64,000 nucleotides of DNA, taken from contig CP075494.1 of NCBI GenBank assembly GCA_021613535.1, forward strand, positions 4,836,001-4,900,000, in the 5' to 3' direction. Below the pieces are notes generated by a model. It was given only the letters and a program-made list of their open reading frames with translations, had not been told where the DNA came from and did no database searches. Within the stretch, counting starts at the first letter, position 1, and each line of letters starts with the position of its first letter. Both the position numbers and the translations under genes were made by a program. Shown here piece by piece: positions 39,703 to 53,000 of the stretch. The DNA is from Adineta vaga. Lineage: Eukaryota > Animalia > Rotifera.

Positions 39703-41115
39703 ATGAATACAAGCGAAGATGCAAATTGTCCTTCACGACCCGTACAGTATGTTGTATTCTCCTTTTATCTAAAAGTATAATGAAATAAAATAAATGAATT
39801 GCTATTTAGAGTTCGAACGAATAGCAAAAAAAATCATTTATTGATCGTACTTGGTGTAATTCTCGTGATCGCTCTTATTGTTGTAGTAGTAGTTGTTGTC
39901 AAGAAATCAAAAACAGGTAAACAAATAGAAAACACGACAATCATCGATACAACAACAGTAACATCGACAAATGGTAGGCTAAATTCTACTCTAATTATTT
40001 ACAATTGAAATCGTAATTTTTTCAGAAGTATTAGTATTGAATACAACAGCAACAACAACAACAATGGGTGAGTTAAAACCTGTAGCTTTTAACTATTCAT
40101 TCATATTCAGACAATTTTTGTTGTTATAGCTTTATCAATTCCAAAAAGTATGAACTATGCGCGATATTTACATACAGCATCGACTTTGCAAGATGGAAAA
40201 ATACTGATTGTTGGTGGACAGAATAATAGTAATACATATTTGAAAAGTACTGAAATTTATAATCCATCAACAAGAAATTGGAACAAAATTGGTGATATGA
40301 ATTATGAGCGAGCGTTGCATACAGCTACAGTGTTGAAGGATGGAAAAGTATTGGTTTGTGGTGGAAAAGGTAAAAATGGAAAACCTTTGTCTAGTGCAGA
40401 ATTGTATGATCCACAAATCGAAGAATGGAATATTACTGGTAACATGACTCATTCTCGAGAAAAGCACACAGCATCTATATTACCGGATGGAAACGTTATA
40501 GTTGCTGGTGGAGATGATAATAAATCGAATTTATTTACTATCGAAGTATATAATGTGTCAACAGGAACATGGACAATGGTTAATAATCGCACTATTTTCG
40601 AAGAAGAATATCTTTCAATAGTTATTTTAAAAAATGGAACTGTATTGATTATTGGTAGCCGAAACAGTACTATATTATACAATTATTCAACAGGAATTTG
40701 GACATATAGAGATGGAATTCGCGAACAACAAAGTGGTTACACATCGACATTGTTAACGGATGAAGAAGTTTTAGTTACCGGTGGAATGATGACGAATCAG
40801 AGTTTGAATAGTGTTGAATTATACAATCCATTAACAGATAATTGGACACGTATTGATAATCTGAATGTTGCACGAGCACATCATTCAGCATTATTATTAA
40901 CAAATGGCAGCGTATTAGTAATTGGTGGATATTCTAATAGGAAATTTGTCAATAGTTATGAAGTATTTAACATATCGACACGAAAGTGGATTATTACTGG
41001 TAATATGACATCTGTTCGAAAAGATTATACAGCATCTGCATTACCAGATGGACATGTACTTATTGTCGGTGGAATGTTCGATCAAAAAGCATTAGATAGT
41101 GCTGAACTATATTAA
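39703..41115 (+). CDS. Type II membrane protein: signal-anchor, Thr-rich stalk and six-bladed Kelch propeller
   Basis: TM LLIVLGVILVIALIVVVVVVV, small Thr-rich exons, and a final exon with repeated R..HTA..L.DG.VL..GG...S.E.Y.P. Confidence 0.85.
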
Positions 41116-41537
41116 TTGTTTTATTCTCGATAACTTTTTATCTGCTTTTACTTTTCATATTAATTTAATTTACAATATTTCTTTTTCTGTCTTATACTCT
41201 CATCCTTTTTTCAACCAAGAGATTCAATAAAACAAGAGCTTTTTGAAATACAATTCTCCGACGAAATTTATTCGTTTGGAAGAAACTATATACAATATTA
41301 GAAACTCCCTTATATAGAAGGAATAAAGCAATTACTTTAGATGAGAATATAACATCATATTTGTTACTTTTAGTAAAAAATAATCCTTTCATCATCGATG
41401 TACTTCTATTAATAATGTAAAAAAAATGATATATTAAGATGATAATTACTTTTTTTTTAATATCAGATAAGAAGTATTTTCAATAAATTTAATGAAAATT
41501 TTTATTAACATTTTTTTTCTCAAAAGTAAAAACGACA

Positions 41538-42446
41538 ATGAATTCTTCATCAGAATATACTCTCATCACAATTTTAATCGATTCTTCTACAATAATTTTA
41601 TCATCAATAAGTTTATGTTTAGCAATTCTTCTATTTTGTTTTATTATTTATCATTTACTGAAAAAACCACGATCTCCACATTATGTTGCACTTCTTCTAA
41701 TCAATAATATGTTTTTGGCATTGATTCTATTCTTTATTTTAATAATTGATATGTACGGAAGAATGTTATATGGACATTTATATTTGAAATTTCCATGGAT
41801 CAATCAAATTCATTGTCAAATTCAAGCTTATTTAGTTTTAGTTTCAATGGGATCGATATTTTATTCTAATATGCTTCAAGCCATTTATCGTTTATGTCGA
41901 GTTATATTTCATACGTATCGTTTTTATCAATCAATTCAATTTAATTTCGTAATGATCATCATTCAATGGTCTATTTGTTTCATATGTCTTCTTCCAAATG
42001 TTATTCTGAAAGATTTTGATTATATTTCTCAAGAATATCATTGTCAAATTCAGTTCGAAAATATTCGTGCAGTATGTTGTGCTGGAATAGTTTTATATGG
42101 TATACCTATTTATATAACTGTTGGATGTTATATTTATACATTAAGACGAATTCGAAATGAAAATCAGATAAGACATCATCTAACACAAATTCAATTAGTT
42201 ACTGCTCGACGAGATTTAATTGTACTTTTTCGAATTTGTATTCTATTTATATTCATGATTATTTTTATTATACCGAATTTCATTAGTTTTTTCATATATT
42301 TGATTTGGAAATACGATGTTGGGTGGTTAGAACAGGTTCAATGGCTTTTTTATGTTTTATCAATGACAGGTGTGACTGTTGTTTTACCATTTATCTCACC
42401 ACATATTTCAAATCTTTGGAAAACTAATAGGATTATTCCAAAATAA
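41538..42446 (+). CDS. Class A orphan GPCR (intronless)
   Basis: Seven hydrophobic segments, CQIQAY, AIYRL (DRY variant), EYHCQI in ECL2 and RRDL before TM6. Confidence 0.8.
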   Translation: MNSSSEYTLITILIDSSTIILSSISLCLAILLFCFIIYHLLKKPRSPHYVALLLINNMFLALILFFILIIDMYGRMLYGHLYLKFPWINQIHCQIQAYLVLVSMGSIFYSNMLQAIYRLCRVIFHTYRFYQSIQFNFVMIIIQWSICFICLLPNVILKDFDYISQEYHCQIQFENIRAVCCAGIVLYGIPIYITVGCYIYTLRRIRNENQIRHHLTQIQLVTARRDLIVLFRICILFIFMIIFIIPNFISFFIYLIWKYDVGWLEQVQWLFYVLSMTGVTVVLPFISPHISNLWKTNRIIPK

Positions 42447-43048
42447 GAATGAAAATGAAATAGTAATAACGTTGATGTCATCGAATATTCTTTTTTCAAA
42501 TTTATATCTTATGATGTAATTAAAAGTATCGATGGTTGAATATATTTATTATTCTGTTATTGTTTACACAAAATATGATCGATTAATTATTCCCACGTGT
42601 TAATCTCAAGGTTGTTTACGATGAATAACTGTAGAAAGAAAATGGGATGATGTTTTATTTCTATAAAAATAAATTTTGGGTTGATTGGTATGTCGAGATA
42701 AAAATCGAAATGAGTAATGATTTGATTGTGACGTATTAGGTGAATATTGTGCATGATTTTGTCGATAGAGAAAAGATAGAAGAAAAATCGATGTTAAAAT
42801 TAGAAATTATATAACAACCAGTTAGTGAGTAGAGAGAAACAAGTATTGATATACGTATTGGCAATAGAGTATTTTTCGTCATGGTCGAATGAATTGATTA
42901 GATATGTTTGTTTGTCCATGTTGACGTGTGAGAGAAAAGAAAAGACAAGAAGTTTTTGTATATAAATGAAGGTTTTTATCGAGAGGATTTCATTCATTGA
43001 TCAAAATTAAAGTTTCATTCGTTTTATTCATCTATTAATATATCAAAT

Positions 43049-43374
43049 ATGTACGGTGGATATGGTGGATATGGAGGTGGATATGGAGGTGGATACGGAG
43101 GTGGATATGGAGGTGGACTCGGAGGTAGTTCAGAAATGCGATCTGATATGTGGATTCAACAAAATATTCCCGGTGGATTGAATAGTATGTATAAGAAATA
43201 TTTCGTAGTCGAATATACAAATGTTTTCTTTTTAACCTAGGTAATATGGGTGAACGATTAGATAATTTCATGGGTGGAAATTCTAATCCAACATACGGTC
43301 AAGTGTATGGTGGTGCACCAGGTGTTGGAGGTTATGGCGGTGGATATGGTTATTCGTATGGTGGTGGATGGTAA
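43049..43374 (+). CDS. Gly/Tyr-rich microprotein, family copy 3
   Basis: Intron 43185-43240. Product: MYGGYGGYGGGYGGGYGGGYGGGLGGSSEMRSDMWIQQNIPGGLNSNMGERLDNFMGGNSNPTYGQVYGGAPGVGGYGGGYGYSYGGGW. Confidence 0.87.
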
Positions 43375-44055
43375 AAGCAATTGAATTCATTTCATTTGTA
43401 TTAACTATAGAGAGATCTGTTTATATGTTTTAAATTTTTTCTTTATAACAAAAATAAACATACTATAAATCATATGTAAAAATTGTTGATATTTAAGAAA
43501 CGATTGAAAGTATAACATTTCAACGTGCATACAAAATGTTATAACGTAGGAATAATAGGAGAAGAAAAACAAAGGATTTTTGTTTTGTTATTATGATTGT
43601 GTAATGACTATCAAAACAAAAACATTTTCTTTTATTGTTTCCTACAAATATGAAAAAGAGACTTGAATTGCAGTATCGATACTCTCTTTGAGTTGGAAGA
43701 AATTCAAAAGGAAAAATAATTCTTATACAAATTTGTCAAGAAGTAGACGATCAACAACATTTATGAGTTGTTCTCTAATACATATATCTAAGTGCAATTT
43801 CTTTTCTTTTTAATACTGTATACGATATGATGTTATCATGAAATCTGTTGTAATCTATCGATGATAAAGAAAACATATATAAAATAAAAAATACCCACTG
43901 ATATACTATTTATGATGTATTTCACTACAGATTTAGTTTTGCTTACAATCGGCAGGAGTAAAATCCATCATTTAAAGTGAGAAGTTCATAGAGCGTTCTC
44001 AAAATCTTTCTATTGTTTTTAGATTTGTAACGTTTATTATTTCGTAGCTACGAAA

Positions 44056-47000
44056 ATGAATGAATCAATCGTAAATCATTTGTTTCTGCCTCATTATTTA
44101 CCGTCTTGTGCCGAACAAGATTTTTTAACGCATGGTAATCATGAAAATGAATATAAATTACTAGAATGCATGAAAGAATATTTTTATTCTATGAGTACGA
44201 CGGCCATGTTACCATTGTTTGAAACTATTCATCGTTGTATGGTACAATGGTCGAACTTACAAAATCCACAGAATTTTTCGGTAGGAAGTATTCGATCCGC
44301 CATCGAACAAATGTCATCAGGAAGTTTTCTTCCTGTTTATTTCCGTGCTCAAAATGCTGCCATATTAATTGAAATTGATCATATAAATGTCAATCAACCG
44401 ATAATATCAGCTTGGCAAGTTTTATTACCAGCTGGAGAAGTGACGTCGACGATGGTGCCCCATCTTGCTTGTTTTCCAATAACGACATACAAATTGCAAG
44501 ATCGAGCACAATTAACTTCTACAAGTCATTGTGAATTATTAATTGATTTTATGAATCATACTATTGAATATTCGAAAGCATCAAAAGCTTCTCGTGAAGT
44601 TGATGAAATACGTGAAGTACCAGAATCACATTACGTGTGTCAATGGTGGATTCAACACTTCGATAATATAGAAATAATTGAAAATAGTAATCCATCTATT
44701 CGATTTAATAAAAAACATCGTGATCAAATAAGACTTAATGGGGGTTTGGTACCTTTTCGACGATCAGGATTGTGGATGACCATAAAAACAGTTCTTCATA
44801 CCATCCTCACTAAACATTTGGGACTTACGACGAGTACCATCGTTTATAAATTATTGATTACTCAATTTTTAACACATGTCATTTATAAACAAAACATATC
44901 GACTGATCTACAAGTTCACTGTGTGCGAAAAATTGTTCGACGATTAAATAAAATTGAATGTTTACCAGCAGAAATGGAAACTGATGGTATGAGCACGTGG
45001 ATTCAACGAACGAAACAAGATATAGTATTAAAAATAGATGAGATAATTCCAAAACCAGTTTGGCAAAAACGCATCCCATCGAAAAATACAAAAGAAAACA
45101 GCTCATTAGGAATCAACGTTCAGTTGAAAAATTCGAAAATCTATCGCCATTCATGTCTTGAATTCAAAACTTATTTAGAAGAGTTGAAGTCAATTGCAAC
45201 ACCTCATTCTGTCTTAGGTCTGAACAGTTACATTGACAATAGCAATGTTCATCAAGCAGATTATATACCTTCCATGAAAATCTTAACAGACCATTTTAAG
45301 TATACTATCGACATAGTTTTAAGTCGTATAGAACTATGGGTTGAATCAAGTTTAGAAGTATGGATCAATCGAACAGCAACGTTTCAAAACAACAAAAATC
45401 GTTTTAGTGTTTTATTAGATTTCTTTGAAGAATATCAAATTGCAGCACTGAACCATTGTTGGTCAGAGAAGGGACCAACGGATACTACGAGTTACAGTCG
45501 ATTTATTCTTACGTCTCTAACAATTATTCGTTGTATGTATGACAATCTCTGTAAAAATCCAAGTTTCGAACGATTGAAATTGCACTGTATCAATATACCT
45601 AATCTACTGGATTCATTTGAATACTTGATTTTACCAAAACAAACAGATATGATTAGGGCTCGAGCCTTGTACAATTATCTGGATGAATTTAGTCGTAAAA
45701 GTTATCCAGATCTTTTAATTAATATAAAGTCATGTGATGCATTTGGTGTCTACTATGCTAATCGATCATCGATGATGAATGAGAGTATACAAAGAATTCG
45801 AGATCAAGCTGATCGAGATCAGCAACAGAAGATAAGAGAAGTGAACGATGCGAAAGAAAGATATAGACAACTTATTAATTCCATAAGTGGTCTGTCTTGT
45901 ACATGTGATTATCAATATGTGTATTGGAGGAAATGTCACAGATGCATTACTCAAGAACAAGCCAATACCATTCAAGTAGGGATTTTTGAATGTCCTATGC
46001 CAAAAGAAAAAGAAAGTGCACTAGCCGTTATTTTTGAATTACAAATGCCCACTGAAATAAGATGCTATCGAGAAATTCTTTGGCAATTTATCAATCGACC
46101 AAAACCATCAATACTGAAAAATAATATGTATGAATGGTTACACGTTTCTCCTCATCAGGAAAAACTAGGCTCGTACTTTACTGGTCGACATGATTGCAAA
46201 GTGAAACTAGTATCTCAAGTAACTTCTGCTACTCAAACCCACTACCGCTATCCACCTTCTATTGTATCAACACCTGTCGAAGGCTTTCTATTTGACAATA
46301 GTTTAGAAGTTCAGATATCCTTGATGCAACCAATCAGTTTTGAAGATGAACGCCGAATATTAACACCTCGACTCAATCATCTCAGTTACAAACAATTACA
46401 ATTCACTCTGAACACAACAGAATTTTTACAAAATAATGTCATAGCTAACTTATCTAGTTGTCCGACACGTATAAAACCTTTTCAATTTGTGGAATTCGGT
46501 TCATTTCGATCAGGTCATCGTTTACAATGGTGGAATCTTCTAGTAATATTAGAAATGGATTCCTTATCGATCGCTGAAGAAAGTGTAGCAATACTTATCA
46601 TACATTCAATATTACAATATGGTCCATTAAAGACAGATCAAAGTCTTCTGCCTAATCACTGGTGTACAGAATCGCATCAACAAATATTTAAAGATCATTT
46701 TGTAGATGAACTCCTTGATCGATTAAATCATCATTTAGATAATATCGAATTGAATTGGCAAAACGAACTAGCTTTAGTTGTTATAACAGCAATTACAATG
46801 AGAATTTTTACTTTATGTAATCCAACAAGAATAAATGAAGTTGTTGAATTAGTAATGAAATGTCGTAGAATTGGTGAGGAATGGATTATTCGTATATTGA
46901 CAAGTATTCAAACGATATCAGTTGCAGATTTGGATGAAATTAAAAAACTTCATCTTAAAATGATACATATAAGTATCTGTAGTATTTTAACATTTTCAGC

Positions 47001-50000
47001 CGATCCGAACCGTATTCATTCTTTATTATGTACAAATCAACATGTGGTATCTTTACTCAAAGCAACAACTATGATTCATGATAATATTATTCTAAGCAAA
47101 AATGAATCGGATATGAGTATCTTTATGAAAAATTTAATGAGATATAGTAAACATATTCTAGTAATTATACAGCCAACTATTGCTGATTATTTGCAGAAAA
47201 CATCTTTTGAAGCTTTAAATGAATTCGCAGCGATTTACTGGGCAGTTATTAGAAGTAAAGGTAAAATGAATGAACAATGGAAGAAACGATATGTTGATAT
47301 GCATGATGGTTGGTACGATTGCCAATATGAATCAAGATTGATATCGATTGATTGTATTCAAGGATTGTTTTTAGTCGACGAAATGACAATCGGTTTCTTA
47401 CCTGAGCAAATTACGTCAAATGAATTATTTACTCGTGTTTTTGATTCTCATGTATTTGAAGTACAAGCAGCTGAATTACCTCATACATATATTACAAAAC
47501 ATTCATATCATAATGGAAGAGTTCTGTATGAATTTCACTTCGATAATCGGACCAAGTGTTTGATTGTTAACGAACGACATCTACAACAAGACAATATGTT
47601 TCAATTGATTCCACATCACTGCTTTGAAAAAGAACTGCCAGATACATTCGTTTCAGATCATAGTCATTGGTGGAATGCAAAAACACGCCATTTACAATTT
47701 CGACCTGTTCAGTTCCAGAATAAAGAGTTCTTAGATGATAAACCCTATGTGTTGAACATGGATACGGGACATGTTATTACTGTTGAAACAGATAACATGC
47801 AAATGTTAGTCAATCAATCATCGAAATTCTTTTGTAGTTTGTTTTCGAGTTACTTTAGTCGTCTTGATGATCAACCATATGTATATATGATGCGAGACAA
47901 TAATTATAAATCTAACGTCATCATTCATATCTATTTGTCTCGATTAAATATTGCATTTCAATATAACTCTGACACTCAAGTAATTATTTCTCGAGAATAT
48001 TCAGATATGCGTATTGATCAAAATCAATGGTTAGGAACATTGACAGGTTTAACATCTGGTCTTCTTCTATCACCATTGTCCATCAATAATCAGACATTAG
48101 AAAGTTATCCATATCGAAAATTGATCGTACCTTTTGGAAACGTTCTTGTTACCGCGACTACTTTCTCTGATCATCAAACTGTTACCATTCAACGAACATC
48201 AATTCCAAATGAGTTTCTTCGTCATTATTTTGTTTTTATCTTAAATGATCGACTAAATATTCTTCAATCAACTGATAGTCCTACAGGATGGTTTTATTTA
48301 GCATTATTACATGCAATGACTTCTCATCCATTACCAGATGAGTACACTAAGATGGCTGGAATGGAACGTGCCTTTCAATTATTAAATTCAGCTGGTTGTT
48401 GGTCTGATCAATCTTTCGATGGACTTTCGCTCAATATTCTTGCTCAAATAGCATCGATTTCACCTAAAGTTAATTATTTTCCACCAACGCTTCAGCTTAT
48501 GGTAAAGATAGATTGGAATAAAAATGGTTTAGCATATTCTTTGCAACATTTTGGATATTATTTGATAGCCAAACAATTAATTAATGCCAGTCAACAATTT
48601 AGTTTTATGTATCCATCCTTGAATTCAAATAAAACTCCAGAAGTATTCGAGGGAAAATTATATAATGAAACATTATTAAAAAAGCTTTATTGGGAATATC
48701 GAGATTCGTACAATCCTATTGCTAGATTATCTTCGATGATAGAAGAAGATATACAAAAACTATGTTACTCATCACCACATCAATCAGATCCAGAATATTG
48801 TTTACATATAGCAAGTTATAATCCTGTTTCTCTTACTACTAATTTGTATAGTAAAGGCAATGTAAAACTGAAAGACTGTTTTGTGCAGAACTATTTACCT
48901 TTGTCACAATGGGTGTCTGATGAAAATCAATTAAAAAATATGTGGGTGGGTCTACTAAAAATAATATATCAGATCAAACAAGAATCTAATGAACACACTA
49001 CAGATAACATCAAACGGATAGAAAACTTATTGGACTTTCTTCATTATATTTCTAGACAATGTAATGTTGAACCATTTTATATACAAATCCTTAAAACAGT
49101 ACTGGAATCTTCGACAACATTGTTGGAATGTGTAACATTTCCTCAGTTTATCACCTATGAACGAATTGAAGATATTACTTTTGTGAGAAATCAGATCGAT
49201 TTCATAGATCATCATACTCCATATGATAAAAACCGAATCATGTCAGAGATCGAAAGCTGTTTTTCGACTAACTGTTGCTATGAGGATAAATGTCGTTTAG
49301 TAATTCCAGCAAATGTAACACAAGTTAACCAATTATTCACATCTTGGCGAAATAATCATAGACTTCATTCATTTCTCAGTGATGTTCAAAATCGTATCTG
49401 TTCCACGGCAATAAAAATGTTCAAAATAAAAGTATCATACCAACCTCAAACATTTTCGTGTGAACGTATTGAAAATCACCATACAATACAATTGAAAGTG
49501 AGTTGTGAACCAATCGATCAAACATTGGTACAAAGAGCACATGAAAAATTCTATCAGAATCATTCAACTCAATTTAATAAAACAATCGTTTCTCTTCAAC
49601 CGACTACAGATCAGAAAGAATTTCCACATGATATTTTTCCTTTCACTGATGATCAAAACAATCCTCTCAGTGATATTACTAATTATTTTAAAAATCATTT
49701 AACTAAAAGCTGGGGCAAACTGTTCGAGGAAGAAGAAAGTGAAAAAGTAGATCCTTCAATTGAAGAAATCAACGTATTTCTTCACTCCTTAAGAGAAGAA
49801 TCCACAAAGGAATGGAATGAACTAAATGAATCTATTCGAACATCAAACGAACAACTATTCGAAAGTGGTCTTGTTTCAAGAATTACTCCAACAACGTTAA
49901 TTTATCTTTTGCAACAAATAGGAACAACAATCGATCTAAATATCGATCAAAAGACATTGTTAGGTGGTATTCTTGTTAGTTGGACATTAGAACAGCAACT

Positions 50001-53000
50001 TGAAAGAGCATTGCATTTTGCTGCTCATGAAAAATGGGAAGATCTCAAAAAAGAAATATTCAATACACCACATTGCAATTGGATACCATCGGAGCATATT
50101 CCGTGGTTAATTTTAGAATTAGAAATGAATATAACCATCCGAGAAGCACAAATCAAAGTCGCACGTCATATGATGCAATCAGTAATCGTTCCGAACGATA
50201 CAACAGTGAAGAATATTGTCATGCAAATGAATATGGGTGAAGGAAAAACTTCGGTTATTTTACCAATGTTAGCTCTTAGTCTATCTTCAACTCATTCTAG
50301 TTTAGTTCGTATTATCGTGCTAAAGTCATTATTTCCAACGAATTATCAATCATTACGATATAAATTAGGTGGCTTACTTAATCGACGAATTTTTCCATTT
50401 GTATGTCGCCGTGATCTGAATTTTAATGATGCGCAAATCAAACAGATTTCTAATCGTTTTCAACAAGGATTACACAATTGTGACGTCGTATTAACAGCTC
50501 CCGAAGATATTCTATCTTTTGATTTACTTACCATGGATAAATGTCGACGAGAAGAATTTGATGTTGGTCAATCGATGTTAACACTTCAACGATGGTTAAA
50601 ACGCTATATTCGTGATGTATTGGATGAATCCGATGAAATTCTACATGTAAAATATCAATTGATCTATACTATTGGTGGTCAACAACAAGTCGATGGAGGT
50701 GTTAGTCGATGGGAAACAATTCAGTCAATACTTGATTTAGTTAAGAAACATGCAGCAGAAATTTCAAGAACTTTTACTAATGAAGTTTGTTACAAACCAC
50801 CAGAACGCAAAAGTGCTTTTCCACAATTTCGTTTACAATCACAGGTGCCATTTCCACAATTATGCAAAAACATCGCCGATGATTGGTTGAATCAACGATC
50901 TCTTCGACACAATGCTAAAGACGCTGTTTTATCATTTATTCTCAAAACAGAATTATCAGTTGACACGCTATTGAATAAATTTCCACTATATGATCTTCAA
51001 TTATTTCTTATTGTTCGTGGTTTATTATCCGCAGAAGTCTTATTGGTAACTTTAAAGAAACGTTATCGAGTAAATTATGGTATTAATCCAAATCTTTCAT
51101 TGAATCGTCTATTAGCTGTTCCATTTCGTGCAAAAGATGTTGCAACTGATAGAACTGAATTTGGTCATCCAGACGTTGCACTTGTATTAACGCATCTCAC
51201 ATATTATTACTCTGGTTTAAGTGATTCACAAATGACTCAATGTTTTGATCGATTGAGTGAAGAAGAAACTGATTCGGCATCAATTTATGATCAATGGATT
51301 TCATATGAATATACTGATGATATACCAACAAGTATTAAACAATGGAAAGGTGTAAACTTGAAAGATTATCAACAAAAAACTCAATATTTATTTCCAAAAT
51401 TACGATACAATATGTTAGTAGTTAACTATTTTCTTAATCATTTTGTATTTCCTCGAGAAGCAAAACAATTTCCATATAAATTAATTGCATCAGCTTGGGA
51501 TTTATCGTCTTCTTCGCGATCGAAAATCATCACTGGATTCAGTGGTACAAATGATACACAATTATTATTACCTATCGACATTCGTCAAGATGATTTACCT
51601 GAATTACAAAAAACTGATGCCATTGTTGTGAACAATTTATTACAACGAGAAAATGAAAGTTATCAATCTTTACCCATCAATATTATATCAAATGAAATTC
51701 TAGAACAAATTCTAAAGCACAAAGAGAATATCAATGTTATTTTAGATGTCGGTGCTTTGTTCATCGATGGAACTAATCAAGATATTGCCATGAAATGGTT
51801 AAATCTATCAAATAAAACTCAAATCGATTATGCTGTTTATTTTAATTCGGATTCCATTGTTGTCTGTGATCGACAAAATCATCCGCCTCATCTATTTGTC
51901 ACCTCTCCGGCAAGTGAACGATTAGATCGATGTGTCTTCTATTTAGATGAAATTCACACAAGAGGAACAGATTTTAAATTTCCTAAAGGTTTTCGTGCTG
52001 CAGTTACATTAGGAAATGGTTTAACTAAAGATCGTTTTGTGCAAGCATGTATGAGGATGCGAAAATTAGGAAATGGTCATTCATTAACATTCTTAAGTTC
52101 CTATGAAGTCCATCATCAGATTACAAGATTAATATTGAGAACAAATCCAAACACTAGTATTACTGTTAAAGATATTCTCCGTTGGGTTTACGAGAATACA
52201 GTATATACTACGTGGGATGGATTACATCATTGGGCTTCACAAAGTTTAAGTTTCCAACGAAAAGTGACAGCATTTCAAGGAATCAATTGGAATAACTATG
52301 AACAAATATTCACAAATGAAATGATGAAAGAATTAGCAAATGCATGCTTAGAACCAGAAATTATTGAATTAAAAGCTATGTATGGTGCACGTCGAGCACT
52401 TCAGACAGTATTCGACATTCATTGTGAGCGATATCGACAGAATAAACACTTCCTATCGCCAAGAATAAGGAAGATAGTGATACAACGGTTGTTAGATTAT
52501 GGTGGAGGGAAAACACGTTTATCACAGTTATTAGATGAAGAACAACAACGAGAATTAGAACAAGAATTAGAAGAAGAACGACAATTAGAACGTCCTCCAC
52601 CTGTCAAACCACATCCAGCGGTACTATACGAAGAAATCAAAAGACTAGGTGATATATCAGGTACTGTAATGGATTTAACACAATTTCCTCAGGTATTCCG
52701 TCCTTTGTCATATGCGTTTATCGACACAACGTTTCAGTCTCTGTGCCAAGCAAACAGTTGGTCATCGAATTTATGGATTTCAACAGAATTCCAACGTGTT
52801 ATTAGCACCAAAGGAGAATCTTTAGATCCATTTCTTCGTCCTCCAAGATGGGTTCTAATCTATCGTAATCAACACATTATTTTTGTCAATGCATTAGAAG
52901 CGAATTGGTTAATAGGACGTTTACAATCGAATTCATCTCCGATAACTACGTTACGTTTATTATTACCACGTGTTAAAAGAATTCAATCAATTCTCGTTAA

